64,000 bases of DNA from assembly GCA_047495785.1 (NCBI GenBank), contig JBLDXI010000074.1, positions 372,001 through 436,000 of the forward strand. The letters run 5' to 3'. This document shows, piece by piece, positions 37,757-50,117 of this stretch. The position numbers and the translations under genes are program-made. The DNA is from Lepidodermella squamata. Its lineage: Eukaryota; Animalia; Gastrotricha. Below the pieces are notes generated by a model. The model saw only the letters and a program-made list of their open reading frames with translations. It was not told the origin of the DNA and searched no databases. Position 1 is the stretch's first letter. Each line of letters opens with the position of its first letter.

Positions 37757-40700
37757 ATGTCGGCCGCATTCAACTCTATATCCGAATTCACAAGAATAGA
37801 AGAACTGGGACAAGGAAGTTTTGGTTTTGCCTGGCTATGTCGACGGAAAGACGGTGATCAAGCAGACTACGTGGTTAAGGCTGTCAATTTGAACGAGATT
37901 CTCAGAAGGCACGTAAGTGAGAACCACAATGTCACTGCAGCGGCCATGAAACTTGTGAAATTGAGCCGCAATGAGGTAAAATGCAGTAGTTTCGCAGCTT
38001 GTTCCGAATGTTACAAAGTTATTCTGTGCAACAGCATGCAATAATTGAGAGGCTGAAGCACGATAATATTGTAGCTGTCCGGGGAGCATTTACAGGTAGG
38101 AACGCACACCTGATGGGGAGATCCTTTAAAAAGGTGAATTTTTACGCGGCAGAGTTCTTGCAGCAACACATTGAAAAACTCGATAATTGGCGGTTAGGGG
38201 ACGAAATATATTATATGGTGATGGAGCATTGCTCGTACGGTGATTTAACGGGTTACATCAACCGGAAAAAAGATGCCAAAGCGGTAATACCTGAGTGTCT
38301 CTTGCACGATTGGGCTTGTCAGCTGGTGTCAGCTGTCAACCATACTCACAGCCACGGCGCACTGCATCGCGACATCAAGCCGAAGAACATATTTCTGTGT
38401 GAAGACGAGAGAACTGTCAAACTTGGCGATTTTGGCCTTGCTAGACCCCCTTCAAGCGAGTAGGCCTTTGTCTAACAGAAATATCGGAGTCAGGAAAGCT
38501 CGGCGAATTCTTTTTACTTCACAGGTCAGCGAGCTCACTGATTGGCCTCGGGACAGCATTATACAGGGCGCCTGAAACTTTTTTTAACGAGCGCAATTCC
38601 CAGGCGAGCGACTGGTGGTCACTCGGGGTTACTTTCTTCGAACTAGCAAATTTCTACTTGCCAGTAAGCTAGCTCTATTGCGATTGCATGCTTGGAAGAA
38701 TTTTCAATTTTCAGTTTGATAGCCAAGGTGACATTACGGGGTAGGTTTGGACTGTCACATCTGACTTTTTATCCAGGAAACTATCTCCTGAAATCTGAAA
38801 TAAGCACGGCATTTTCCTTTTTCCAGGAGGGAACCGAAACCCTTTGATATAGATCGACCCTATTCAAAAGAGTACCAGTGTTTTGTTCACTCGATACCGT
38901 CAAAGCGATCCACGGCTACTGATCTGCTGGGCAGTCCCTTCATTAGAAAAATGAAGATGACCGAAGAACCCGTAGCTGAAGCGAAGAAGTTCAATTTTTC
39001 CACAATCCACGAGTTCAAACGTGAAAAAGAGCTAGGAATTGGTACCTTCGGCTCGACAATACTGTGCAGGCGATATAGAGACGTCGCACGTTATGTTGTC
39101 AAGGCTTTCAACCTAAGTGAAATTCCTCAGAGTTGCGAAAAAGATCTCAATTTTGCCGAACGGCTTATCAAACTAAGCCGAGACGAGGTAAAGACGCGTT
39201 GTACCCCCAAAATTCGCGCCTTGATATGATGTCATCGGATAGAACACTAAGCTGGTGAATTTATCGCATCCTAACATTGTTTCTGTTTTTGGGTCTTTCG
39301 ATGGTAAGTCTGTCGCGCAGTCTGTATGTACAATAAGTAAAAAGAACATTTTTATGTACGAAGAGTCTGGCTCTGACAGCGCAATTTACCATATTGTAAT
39401 GGAATATTGCTCTGATGGAAATTTAAATGATTACATCAAGAAATCGGCTGGGCCTATTCCCGAAAGTTTGTTAATGACATGGTCTCGGCAACTTGCTTCG
39501 GCAGTGGCTACGCTGCACGAAAATGGAATCCTTCATCGTGCAATAGAACCGAAGAATATATTTCTCTATGGTGGGACATCCGTCAAGCTTGGAGGTTTCG
39601 GTTTGGCTAAAATTTACGATAGGTAAGGCATTTCCGCTCGATATGTTGCTCCAATATATAATTTATGATGAACAGCTCTCCAAGAGACCAACAGGGACCG
39701 GTTATTGGGCGGGGTACAAAGCTCTATAAGTCACCAGAAATGATCGAAAAGAAAGAGCACTCGCAGGCGAGCGACTGGTGGTCTTTGGGTGTCACTTTGT
39801 TTGAGATGGCAAATTTTTACATGCCTGTAAGCAACTCCTGTGCCTGAAATTGAAAGTTCTTTATAAGACTTTATTATCAGTTTAATTCTACCTTGGCAAT
39901 CATATTGTAAGTTTTGATCTTAAGATGCAATCCTGAGAATCATCTTGCCACGTTTGTAGCAATCATCCGAAAGACTTCGATGATTCCCGCGGTTATTCAG
40001 TTCGTTTCCGGAGCACGATCCTAGGAATGATTCGCGAAAAAAACAGCTCAAAGCGCACCCCACCGCAAGCTTTACTTAACGCAACTGAAAATCCCATAAC
40101 AGAAGATCAAATCGTTCAGCAGCTCAGGGGATCAACTCCAGACCGAAATATTGCTATCGCTGAACTGAGTCCAGGAGAAAAAGTAATTGCACATTATTCA
40201 GTGACTATGAATAAAGCTTCAATCATCTTATTCAGCTGCTATTCCGCCTAATCAGACAGCACAAAACCGGGGAAATAGAATCGCTGTTATCAGCAGCAGA
40301 TCTAACTATAGACGTTAACTGCGAAAACAGCGAAGGCGTGACCCCATTGTTTGTAGCGGCACAAGAAGGGCTTGATGAAGTTGCTGAAATATTGGCAGCA
40401 AGGTTTGGTGCTGAGCCGCTATCCACAGACCTTTTGGGTAGAACTCCCATTTACATGGCTGCAAATAGCGGCAATCTTCGTACTGTACAAATACTAGGAA
40501 CAATCTCACCAGGTAGCATCGATGCTGCTACAGGGGATGATGAAACCCCATTATGGGCGGCAGTCAAAAACGGCCATGCTGAGATTGTAAAATTACTGGT
40601 GATGGAGATGAAAGCAAATGTACACAGGCAAAATGATCGCGGAATGACTTTACTGCATGTCGCAGCCTTGGAAGACCATGTCAACGTTGTTGAACTGCTG

Positions 40701-42104
40701 GCATCAAATTACATCGAAGTGGAAGCTACAACGTTGGCAGGAGCCACTCCCTTGCATCTCGCCGCAGTGAGAGGCAACCTGGATGTAGTGGAAGTACTAG
40801 TAAGGCAGTTCAATTGCAAAGTCAATGCCCCTGAAATCGATGGCATGACGGCCTTGCACATTGCTGCTCAGATGAAGCATGCGGACGTAGTCAATTTACT
40901 GGCAGGAGAGTTCAAATGTGACGTTAATGCCTCTGATAAACATGGCTGGACGCCCTTGTACATGGCTGCTGGTAATGGACATGCGGAAATTGTAAAAATG
41001 CTATCAGGAGAGTTCAATTGCGACGTTAATGCCTCCAGTATCGATGGATGGACGCCTTTGCACTTTGTTGCTGGGAAGGGAGATGCAGAAATTGTCAAAC
41101 TGCTGGCAGGGGAGTTCCATTGCGACGTTAATGCCCCGAATAAGGATGGGGCGATGCCTTTAAGTATTGCTGCTGGGGAGGGACGTGCGGAAATCGTCAA
41201 AATACTGACAGGGGAGTTCAATTGCGACGTTAACACCTCTCAGAAGAATGGAGCAACGCCTTTGTTCATTGCTGCTGAGATGGGACATGCGGAAATCGTC
41301 AAATTACTGGTGGGGGAGTCAAATTGCAGCGTTAATGCCTCTAAAATAGATGGTTGGACGCCCTTGCACATAGCTGCTCAGAATGGACATGTTGAAGTCG
41401 TCAAAATGTTGGCAGGGGAGTTCAACTGCGACGTTAATGCCTTACAGGAGGATGAAGCAACAGCTTTGTACATTGCTGCCGAGAATGGGCACGCAGAAAT
41501 CGTGAAATTGCTGGCAGGAAAGTTCAATTGCGATGTTAATGCCACTGAAACTGATGGATGGACACCCTTGCACATTGCTGCTCAAAATAGACATGTGGAA
41601 ATCGTCAAATTACTGGCAGGGGAGTTCAATTCCGAACTTAATGTCTCTCAGAAGGATGGCTGGACGCCATTGCATATTGCTGCTGGTAATGGACATGCTG
41701 AAATCGTTAAATTGCTGGCAGGAGAGTTCAATTGCGACGTTAACGCCGCCTCTGAAAATGATGGCTGGACACCCTTGCACATAGCTGCTCAGAATGGACA
41801 CGTTGAAATCATCAAAATGCTGGCAGGTGAGTTCAATTGTGTCGTTAATACCTCTCAGCAGGATGGCTGGACGCCCTTGCACTTTGCCGCTCAGAAGGGA
41901 CACGCGAAAATCGTCAAAATTCTGGCAGGTGAGTTCGGTTGCAACGTTAATGCCTCTCAGAAGGATGGCGCGACGCCCTTGCACATTGCTGTACAGAATG
42001 GACACGCGGAAATCGTCAAATTACTGGCAGGAGAGTTTAAATGCGACGTTAATGCTACTGATATTGACGGCTGGACACCCTTGCACATTGCTGCTCAGAA
42101 TTGA
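37757..42104 (+). CDS. NEK-like kinase + pseudokinase + about 17 ankyrin repeats
   Basis: Kinase 1: GQGSFG/VVK/HRDIKPKN/DFG/APE. Kinase 2: GIGTFG/VVK/HRAIEPKN/GFG/SPE. Splicing is in frame into GWTPLHIAAQNGH repeats. Confidence 0.85.
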
Positions 42105-42334
42105 TGTGATGAAATTGTCAAAATGCTGACAGGGGAGTGCAATTGCGACGCTAATACCTCCTAGAAGGATGGCGGGATGCTGCCTCATATTGTGGAATGC
42201 GTAGCCGGTGGAGACTTGAAAACTACATGCTGGGCGCTCGTAATGTTGCGTCTTTATCGCAAAATTCTAAATTCGGAAATCTCCTTGTGGCGGAGTTGGA
42301 CAATGGGTCATGAAATAAGCCATTCCGGACGGAT

Positions 42335-43902
42335 GGCCGGGCGACACAATAGAATGCGACATAATAGCGAGGAGCCCCAAAATAGCGAGGCACAAAACAG
42401 AAAGCGACTTTATAGCGAAAATTTATCTTGCCCAGAATAGCACGCGACATAATAGCGAAATATCTGGCTGCGACACAATAGAAGGCGACAATATGGCGAA
42501 TATTACCGGCGGCCTCAATGGAAGTGCGAAATATCGTTAACATCAGATTTTATATCGAAAATAGGAGACGTGGAAGCCTGGTATAAACCCTAATTAGGGT
42601 GAATTTTTTCATGATTTAGGTTTAGGTCAAATTTTTCAATTATACCTTGACATTATTCTTGACCCGGAGAGTAAATTGGCTTTTTCCGATTGTTTTATTC
42701 GTTACAGCCACAGTAAATTGTAAAACCGTGGCCAAGTGCATCATTCTCTACAGTGTGGTCTGATATTATGTAGTAGTGCAGAGTGCGAAGTTCATTCATC
42801 GTTTTAATGAGGAGCTTGGAAATATTGAAGAGTTTCATGAATTGCGACATCGATCTTTTCTATATGGAAAAGCAATTCTTGAAATTCATCAATTTTTCCA
42901 AGCTCCTCATTAAAAAGATGAACGAACTTCGCCCCCTGCACTAGTATCAGACCACACTGTACATGGTGGTCTGAAACTGCCGCAGTAAATGTCATAATCT
43001 CTGGAATTATTAAGGTTTCAGCTATCATAAACCAATAAGCAAGTGGCTATAAACAGGTGCGAAAGCCCTCGACTGTGGGTAATCCTCAACTACTCAGCAC
43101 AGCGAGTGCGGTGCGCTACATGGTTTTTCCGCTTCTTACGCGCCTCCTCTAGCTCAGAGAAGTGTAATCCGGTGTGTACTCTCGCGCGTTCATTCGAGCT
43201 TGGACGCACGTTTTTGGTACCATCAGCGATTTAATGCATTATTGCGGTTATTGAGCGGTGCGCAGTGCTTTTACATGCGCTTATTCTCCAAGAAGTCTTC
43301 TAAGCTTCGAGTAATGGGTAGATAGCAGGTAATCGCTCAGAGATCCAAGCACTGATGATCATGCTTCTTAACATCTCATAGTTGATAGACATGGCTAGAT
43401 TGTTCACAAGCATCACAAGTATAGGCACTCCGCGCTATTGGAATAGGGAATAGTTCAGCTTATTGGTCAACCGACCGGAATTTAGCCGACCCATACCCGA
43501 CAGGCGACCGGTCAATTTACCGGCCGGTCAACCTGACCTATTTCCATCTGATAAAATGATGGTACTCAACCGATGATAACATTTTATCATTCAGCGATAG
43601 AGAGGCGCAATTTCTATAAACCAGTGCTACCTGTTTAATTTTGAGGCGTCCGTTCTTAAATTGTAAAAATGAACGCAAGTTGAAAAATAATCAAAACCTG
43701 ATGTTCACTTTTTGAATAAGGATAATTTCTCTATTTCCTCACTCGCTATTATGGTGATACTGATAATTTCGCTAATATGTCGCGCGCTATTCCGGGATTT
43801 CTAAATAGTCGCTCGCTATTATGGGCATCACTATATTCTCGCTATTTAGTCGCGTGCTATTGTGGATTCGCTATAGTGGATTAGCTATTGTGTCGGCCGG
43901 CC
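42335..43902. mobile_element. Non-autonomous DNA transposon with TIRs and an 8-bp TSD
   Basis: TIR ggccgggcgacacaatag / ctattgtgtcggccggcc; TSD ggacggat at 42327-42334 and 43903-43910; subterminal aatagcga repeats inverted at the two ends. Confidence 0.9.
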
Positions 43903-45767
43903 GGACGGATATTTTACCATTTAGATTTACGCACAATCCATTGAGTTCTAGATCAACTGATTTCCGCCAGGGAATGGATATCGCTAAGAAACATACTTGA
44001 ACGAACTGCCTGCAAATAATAAGACATGCCATTTGACAGCTGCTAAGTGAAAAGTGTATCTTGGCGAACTTTTTTCACATTTCATTGTACCGTTCGAAAA
44101 AATGCCTCGGACAGAATGACGGAGATAGAAGTTCAGAGATAATTTTTTCACATTACGAGAAAGATTTGTGAAATTATGTTAAAAACTTACCTAAATATGC
44201 ATACAAATTGTCGACTTCGTCGCGTGGCGTTTGAATGGGGTCGCTCTCGAAATGATCTACCCAATGCGGCTAAGCGGGATCAATATAAAACGGCAATTTA
44301 TATCAGCTGATTCCCATTGAGCGCAGCGGTTTGTGAGAGGAGCAATAATAGAGATACTGTCACTTGATTGCGATAATTTAAAAGAAACACCATTTGAATA
44401 AACCAGAGGTTTGAATGGCCAAAATCCTGTTTACACTAAACTTTAATCATTTTGAATCATTAGATACAACCTCTCGGCGGTGCCCTAAATTTGCATAAAA
44501 GCTTCACTTCTGAAACTAACCTGCATACTCAATTGCTCAACTTTAATTCTCTTTAATCCTCTTCAATACCTATATCGCTGAACAACGGGGTTAAAAAAGA
44601 AAAAGTGTGACCAAGTTTCACTTTTGGGTGCAAAGAGAACCACACTTCACTTTGCAAAAAGGTTAGTTTCACCTTGCACCTTGCACAAAAAAACAATAAA
44701 AAAATTGCCACGTGGTTTGGCAAAGGCCACGTGGAAGCCTCACGTGGACCGCACACTGAGCCGCTGCGGGCAAAATATGACTTGGTACCACACCATTGTT
44801 CGGCGCCCTGGGCTCTCCTTCCGCTGGCGTCGTGCCAGCTACCTCGCTCTCGTCCGCTCGATCGCCTCTTTCGGCTGCGTCGTCTCTTCATCTGCTGCAA
44901 AGCAACAGTTGCGCCGCCACGACTTCCCGCTCCCTGTCTTGGAGACCTAGTCCACCCTTTGCCCTTTATTCTCTGTATTCTCCGTCCTTCAGTTATCCTC
45001 TGTGCTGTTTCTATCGGAATTTGTTTCTATTCCTTCCTTTTCTGTCTCTTTCTGCTCATCATTCCTACTGTTCATGCTCTTCTCTTCATCCTCTGTGATT
45101 TCAGCTGCTCTCTGTCTTCTCACCTGTTCTAGCACTTTTGTACACTTTCCTATCTACCTGCACCCGATAACCTTAAGCTGCTGATAATTCCTTCCTTGCC
45201 TCCCCACTAGTGTCTCAGACAATCGCGTGTCCGCGTTGTGTCAGCGCCTTGTTTGACATATTTACGTTTATTGCTAGTTTTTCTGCCTTTAAATTAAATT
45301 TTTATGTCGAATGAGGACAAATAAAAAAGATTTTCGTTCGTGAGGGACATCTTGGCAAATAATCATTAGAAATATTGGTACCTATTCTATTGCTTCAAAA
45401 GTCCCAAACACAAACATTTTCCTATTGTTTGCGTATGAAGACTACTGGCACGTTATTTTAAAAAGGACTTTAACCAGAATAAATAGCTTCGAACAATATG
45501 CGTAACAATCATTCCTGGTGGATCATCAACCAACCAGCCTTCAAAAATAGATGTGCTATATTTTTCACCTTTTTCAGACTTATAACCACGTACCGTTTAC
45601 TAACGGGACCGGGTTCATTAGGCATATGGTGATAATCACTTCCCATCATAGTCACGACAAGAATGGAAACAAGGGATGGGAATGTAATTCCAGATTATTT
45701 CAGCGCCCGCTTTTGATTTCTGACGAGGCGAAGCTGCATGTAGTTACTTTTCAATACAGCTGCTAAA

Positions 45768-46476
45768 ATGGCTAAGCTATTCATTTTGATTGTTTTTTTC
45801 ATCGGTGTTGCGAAAGCTTTGTCGGCAAACAACACTCACGAGGAATCGCTGAGCAAGCGAGGGGTGATCGATACAATTGCATCGGCGATCGCTGTTGGTC
45901 AATTCGCTCGAAACTTGATTAAAGGAACTGGTGGATCGGTGACTGACAGGCGTAAAAAATGCGTGACCACTGTTTCAGCAATGCCAGTTTTCAAATCTGT
46001 GTCGGCGGGTACTGGTCTTACCAATATAAGTCGCCATGTGCACTCGGAATTACAATGACGAATGGCATAAAAATGAAATGTACACGGAACAGCCTGATGG
46101 AAGACATCAAGATTTCTTCCGAAGCGAGGACACTCTAACCATCAAACAAGGTACTTTAAAGTGACTCTGGTTCGAACATCCCTCCGCTTGTATCAAATAC
46201 TTGTCGGTCAGCTGTGGCGAACACGTTTTAGACGAATTCAAGGAGCTGAACTTCGCAATTGGAGCCGACGAGCTGGAATCACTTTACCGGACCAAGTCGA
46301 ACCTCAACGATATACAGAGATGCGGGCCCAACAACGCCGGGGTCAGAACCGTCGCCGGAGAAGTTTCGTTCACAGTTACGCGTAAGTCTTTGATGTGCCC
46401 TGATGATGGGGAATGTATCAAGAGGCACATTTCATTCGACAGCAAATTCATCAACTGTTTCAGAAAAAGATCATAA
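45768..46476 (+). pseudogene. Secreted Cys-containing protein, apparently disabled
   Basis: Signal peptide plus KR site; after a 40-nt intron (45939-45978) one frame runs to 46476 with stops TAA 46027 and TGA 46162. Confidence 0.5.
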
Positions 46477-47439
46477 AAAAGTAATCATTTTTCCTGTCCC
46501 AAATCCTGTTCCTAATCTAGAAAAATTATCAGATGAATTGAATCCCTTTCTGATAGGATTTCGTTTTGACAATAGTTGTAGCAGAAATTATTATCCGCAA
46601 ATAAAATAAGTGCATGCTATAACTATGACTGAGGATAACTACAACATGCTATAACTGAGGAAAACTGGTGACGGGTAAAACCTTCCTATTCGATATCTAT
46701 TTATAGTGAATGCGGAGGAACCTCCGATAATTGGAGAGGGACATCTATCACGTGGCTTTTATTGGGATCTTAAGGTGGGTTCACAAACTACTTCGGAGAG
46801 GCGCCCGAAGTTTTCGGCCGCCGAAGTTTCTTGGCAACTCTCCGAATTTGCGTAATAACACACAGAAGTTTTATTGGGATCTTCAGCTTTTTTATTTGGG
46901 TCGTGAGCATCTGACTCAGAGCGTTCATTGAACATTCCCTGTTCGTCCTAGTTGCAAACCCCTTCACTGTTGCTGTCTGACCACTGTTGACCTCGCCGCG
47001 ATGGATTTTCTGGTCACTGGTCAACTCACGTCCCATCACGGCTCATATCCCGAGATCTGCTGTAACGAGCTCGAGTTCTGACAAGGCGCGGTAGATCCTA
47101 GCAACTGGCGCATAAACTCGGATAAAAAGAATCACAAGGATCACGTTAACGTTCGAGAACCTAACGGAGTCGCTGGTTTTGTCTCAGGCGCTGATGCCGC
47201 TTTGTAGCTCGGCTGATAGCTGACAGCCGCATCGTAAATCTGTCTTGTTTTTAGCTCTTTGTTCCAATATCATACAACATCGTCGCGCAACATGAATCAT
47301 ACATGCAGAGCGCAAAAGACTTCGGCAATAAAGCCACGCTGAAAACTCATTGATATTGCATTTTATTCGTTGGAAGTTCAACACGTTAATATGAATAGAT
47401 AAGGTTGAAGGGTTGCCGAAATCATAGTTGTCTGTTTTC

Positions 47440-49895
47440 TCAAGAGGTAAGTCTAGCCGTCAGCCTAGTGCATTCTAAGTAAAGCTGGCGAGCCTGGGCA
47501 GATTCGCGTATCTCGAGATACCGGCAAAGAGGCTCCTGGGCTCGATCTCGCTTCTTGCCATTCAGAGCTGCGGATAGGCACGCGGCGGCATGCGCGGCGG
47601 CTGTCCTGTTTCTCGCCGGGGAAAACTTGACGTTTTGATCTGCCGTAGCCGAAATTAGAAGATTCAATCGTTGTTTCAAAGTTGCAAAATCGTTGAGAAG
47701 AGGCTGCCGAGATTTCCAGTTCAGGGTCCGCAGAGGACGACCAGCTGGAACTGACTTGACAAGTTCATTAAACCTAAAAATTGATAGCAGAATTCAAATT
47801 AATTTGAACTGGAACATTTTTAATATTGAAGCGAATAACATTGCGTACTTTGTTCGATGAATTCCCATTTGCTTTTTCGCGTTTTCCAGCAAAATTTTCG
47901 CATTTTCTCTCCTCTTGCTATGCTTATCTATCTCGCGCTCTAGATCTTTAATTTCATTGAATAGGCATGCCATTTCATCAGTCACGCGATACTGCATATC
48001 GGTTCCGGTCGGAATCGCAGAGAAACATTTTTTTATATTCTGCAAAATTAAAGAAAAATTCATTATTCAATTTTTGGCGGAAATTCAGGATTTACCTCGA
48101 GCCTTCCTTCCAACTGAGTGATTACGTTGTCGTCGAAAAAAGTTATTCTAGTAGCCATAAATGCGTTTATTTCCGCCATCCTGCAGTAATTGTAAGCCTC
48201 GAAAAAGTGACTCATCGCCTCGAAATCGTCCTTTAACTGCTTGTGGCGGTGTTCCAAAGCGTCCCGAATCTCACCCAGCTCTCGCTCGAATTTAACCGAT
48301 AATAACTTGTCCTTAGGAATCGACCGATCAGATTCTAGTTCCCATTTCCGTAACAGCGCGATTCCAGCGTTTTCGTAATTCAGCAATTCGTTTATTTTTC
48401 TCAGGGTTGTCGATACGAAATCGGCCTCCTGCGACGAGCTCATTCGAACTTTAGCGGCAATACTCCGAGAATCGCTGCAGGTGTCTACTTTAGCGAGATA
48501 GGGCCGAGCTTCGGATATTATTTTCTTGCATAAACGTGTGGTTTCGTCTAGCTTCGTTTCTTCGCTTGAGAGTTGCTTGAATTCAGCTTCGCAAGACGCT
48601 ACGGCAGTTTCAAGCTGTTCGAACCTTTCCTGTCAAAAGTTCAGAAATTTTTAAAGTGCATATTTTTGAAATTATGATTAGATCGAGACTACTATAGATT
48701 CTCTTCGTAATCGAACCTTCAAAGTAGTCATCTGCCATTCGAGCAGGTTTTTGTCGTAAATATTGCCCTCAAGAGCCGCTTTTGAGGCCAACTTCTCCGC
48801 AGATTTCAAGCATTTCGCGACTCGAGTATCACGCTCAGCTTTCATTCGCTTCTGAATGCAACCCAGAGCGCGAAGGCTGGCCGATGATTGACAGGTTTCC
48901 GGTAAATCGGCTATCTCACCGAATGTCCGGTCAATCCAAGTAAGCAGCTCGCGCCACAAAACATCGTGCTGCTTCGCTTCCTTTTCGGCCAAGTCCAAGC
49001 GATGACTTTGGCGATCCACCCATTCACCTTAAAATGGTTAAAAAATAAAACTAATTAATTATAATTAATAAAGTAAATATGAAATATTAATTAATCGATG
49101 ATAGAATATTATTTCAATATTTACCTATCTCTTTGACGCGACCCTGAAGATCGGCTATTTTGACATCGATACGCTTGACATCATTCGCCGTGTTTTGGGG
49201 CGCGATCAATTTCAAACTCCGTCCAGCTCTTAGCAAATGCTTGACATCATCGCGAAATTCATCGAACAACTTCTTAATCTTCTCCAAATCATCCTGTTGC
49301 CGGCGAACCGTATCGTAGACTACAGGCGCCGATTCGCTTGAGTGATCAACGTAAAAATCGGCTAAAAACGCCATAATTTTCGATAAAATGTGCCCATTTA
49401 TCAAATCCGTGTATTGCTTGTTGAAAACCTGTAGCGCTGTTGCGAATTGGTATGAAGCTGTTCGTTTTGTCGCAATTTGCGCCCGTAATAGGGCGTGTTC
49501 CAATAACAACCGGTCAACCGCGACGTGGAGAGGCGATAACGTGACCGAGGCGTCGCAAAACGGTAATGCGTAATTCGTTTTCGAGGCCATGAACGCGTTC
49601 GCAGCCGCTACAGCGTCGCCGACTTCGATTTCGAGCTGTTCCGCATGACCGATTACTGTCAATAGATGGCCATTGATACGGCAGCCGGATGACAAGTACT
49701 TCAAAACAGCGACCTTATCCCGGCAGGCGTCAATCCACCGCTCGATCGAAATCTCGTCCAGCTCATCAACTGGGCTGTCAGATTTTCGCAAATTTTCATT
49801 ATTATTATTATTAACAGCCATAATTAGTTTATTGGGAATGTGCGAACTGAGCTGGTATGGCTTCTTACTGCATTGCGTGACCACGAGTAATTGCG
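47440..49895 (-). CDS. Helical coiled-coil/spectrin-repeat-like protein (multi-exon; 3' end uncertain)
   Basis: Serial minus-strand ORFs with heptad and Trp-containing helical patterns (LLTWIDRTF) separated by AT-rich GT-AG gaps. Confidence 0.45.
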
Positions 49896-50117
49896 CTGAC
49901 CAAAAAAGTTAGCAGACTCCAGGGTTTTTGAGTCACTATATACGCTCAATATATTATGATGGCACCAGTTTGTATTTTCACCGCAGAAACGTCCTTAACT
50001 TTTATTTTGATAAAATAACGTATCACAAAAACAAAAATATTGACGTTCTATTTCTCGCTGGTCACTTTTTACCGATTGGAATTTTTTCGGGTTTTTTCAG
50101 TATTTTTTCTTTGATAC

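Noticed and set aside
40451-42129. Regular repeats of about 102 bp and antisense ORFs (CRISPR-like periodicity)
   Set aside because: These are coding ankyrin repeats with no unique spacers, in a eukaryotic context
44798-45258. Possible solo LTR (TG..CA, purine-skewed, partial tRNA-Lys PBS-like motif)
   Set aside because: No TSD, no second LTR and a poor PBS match
46027-46164. Alternative genetic code or selenocysteine readthrough to explain the in-frame stops
   Set aside because: TAA, TAG and TGA all terminate conserved genes in this window, and no SECIS was recognised
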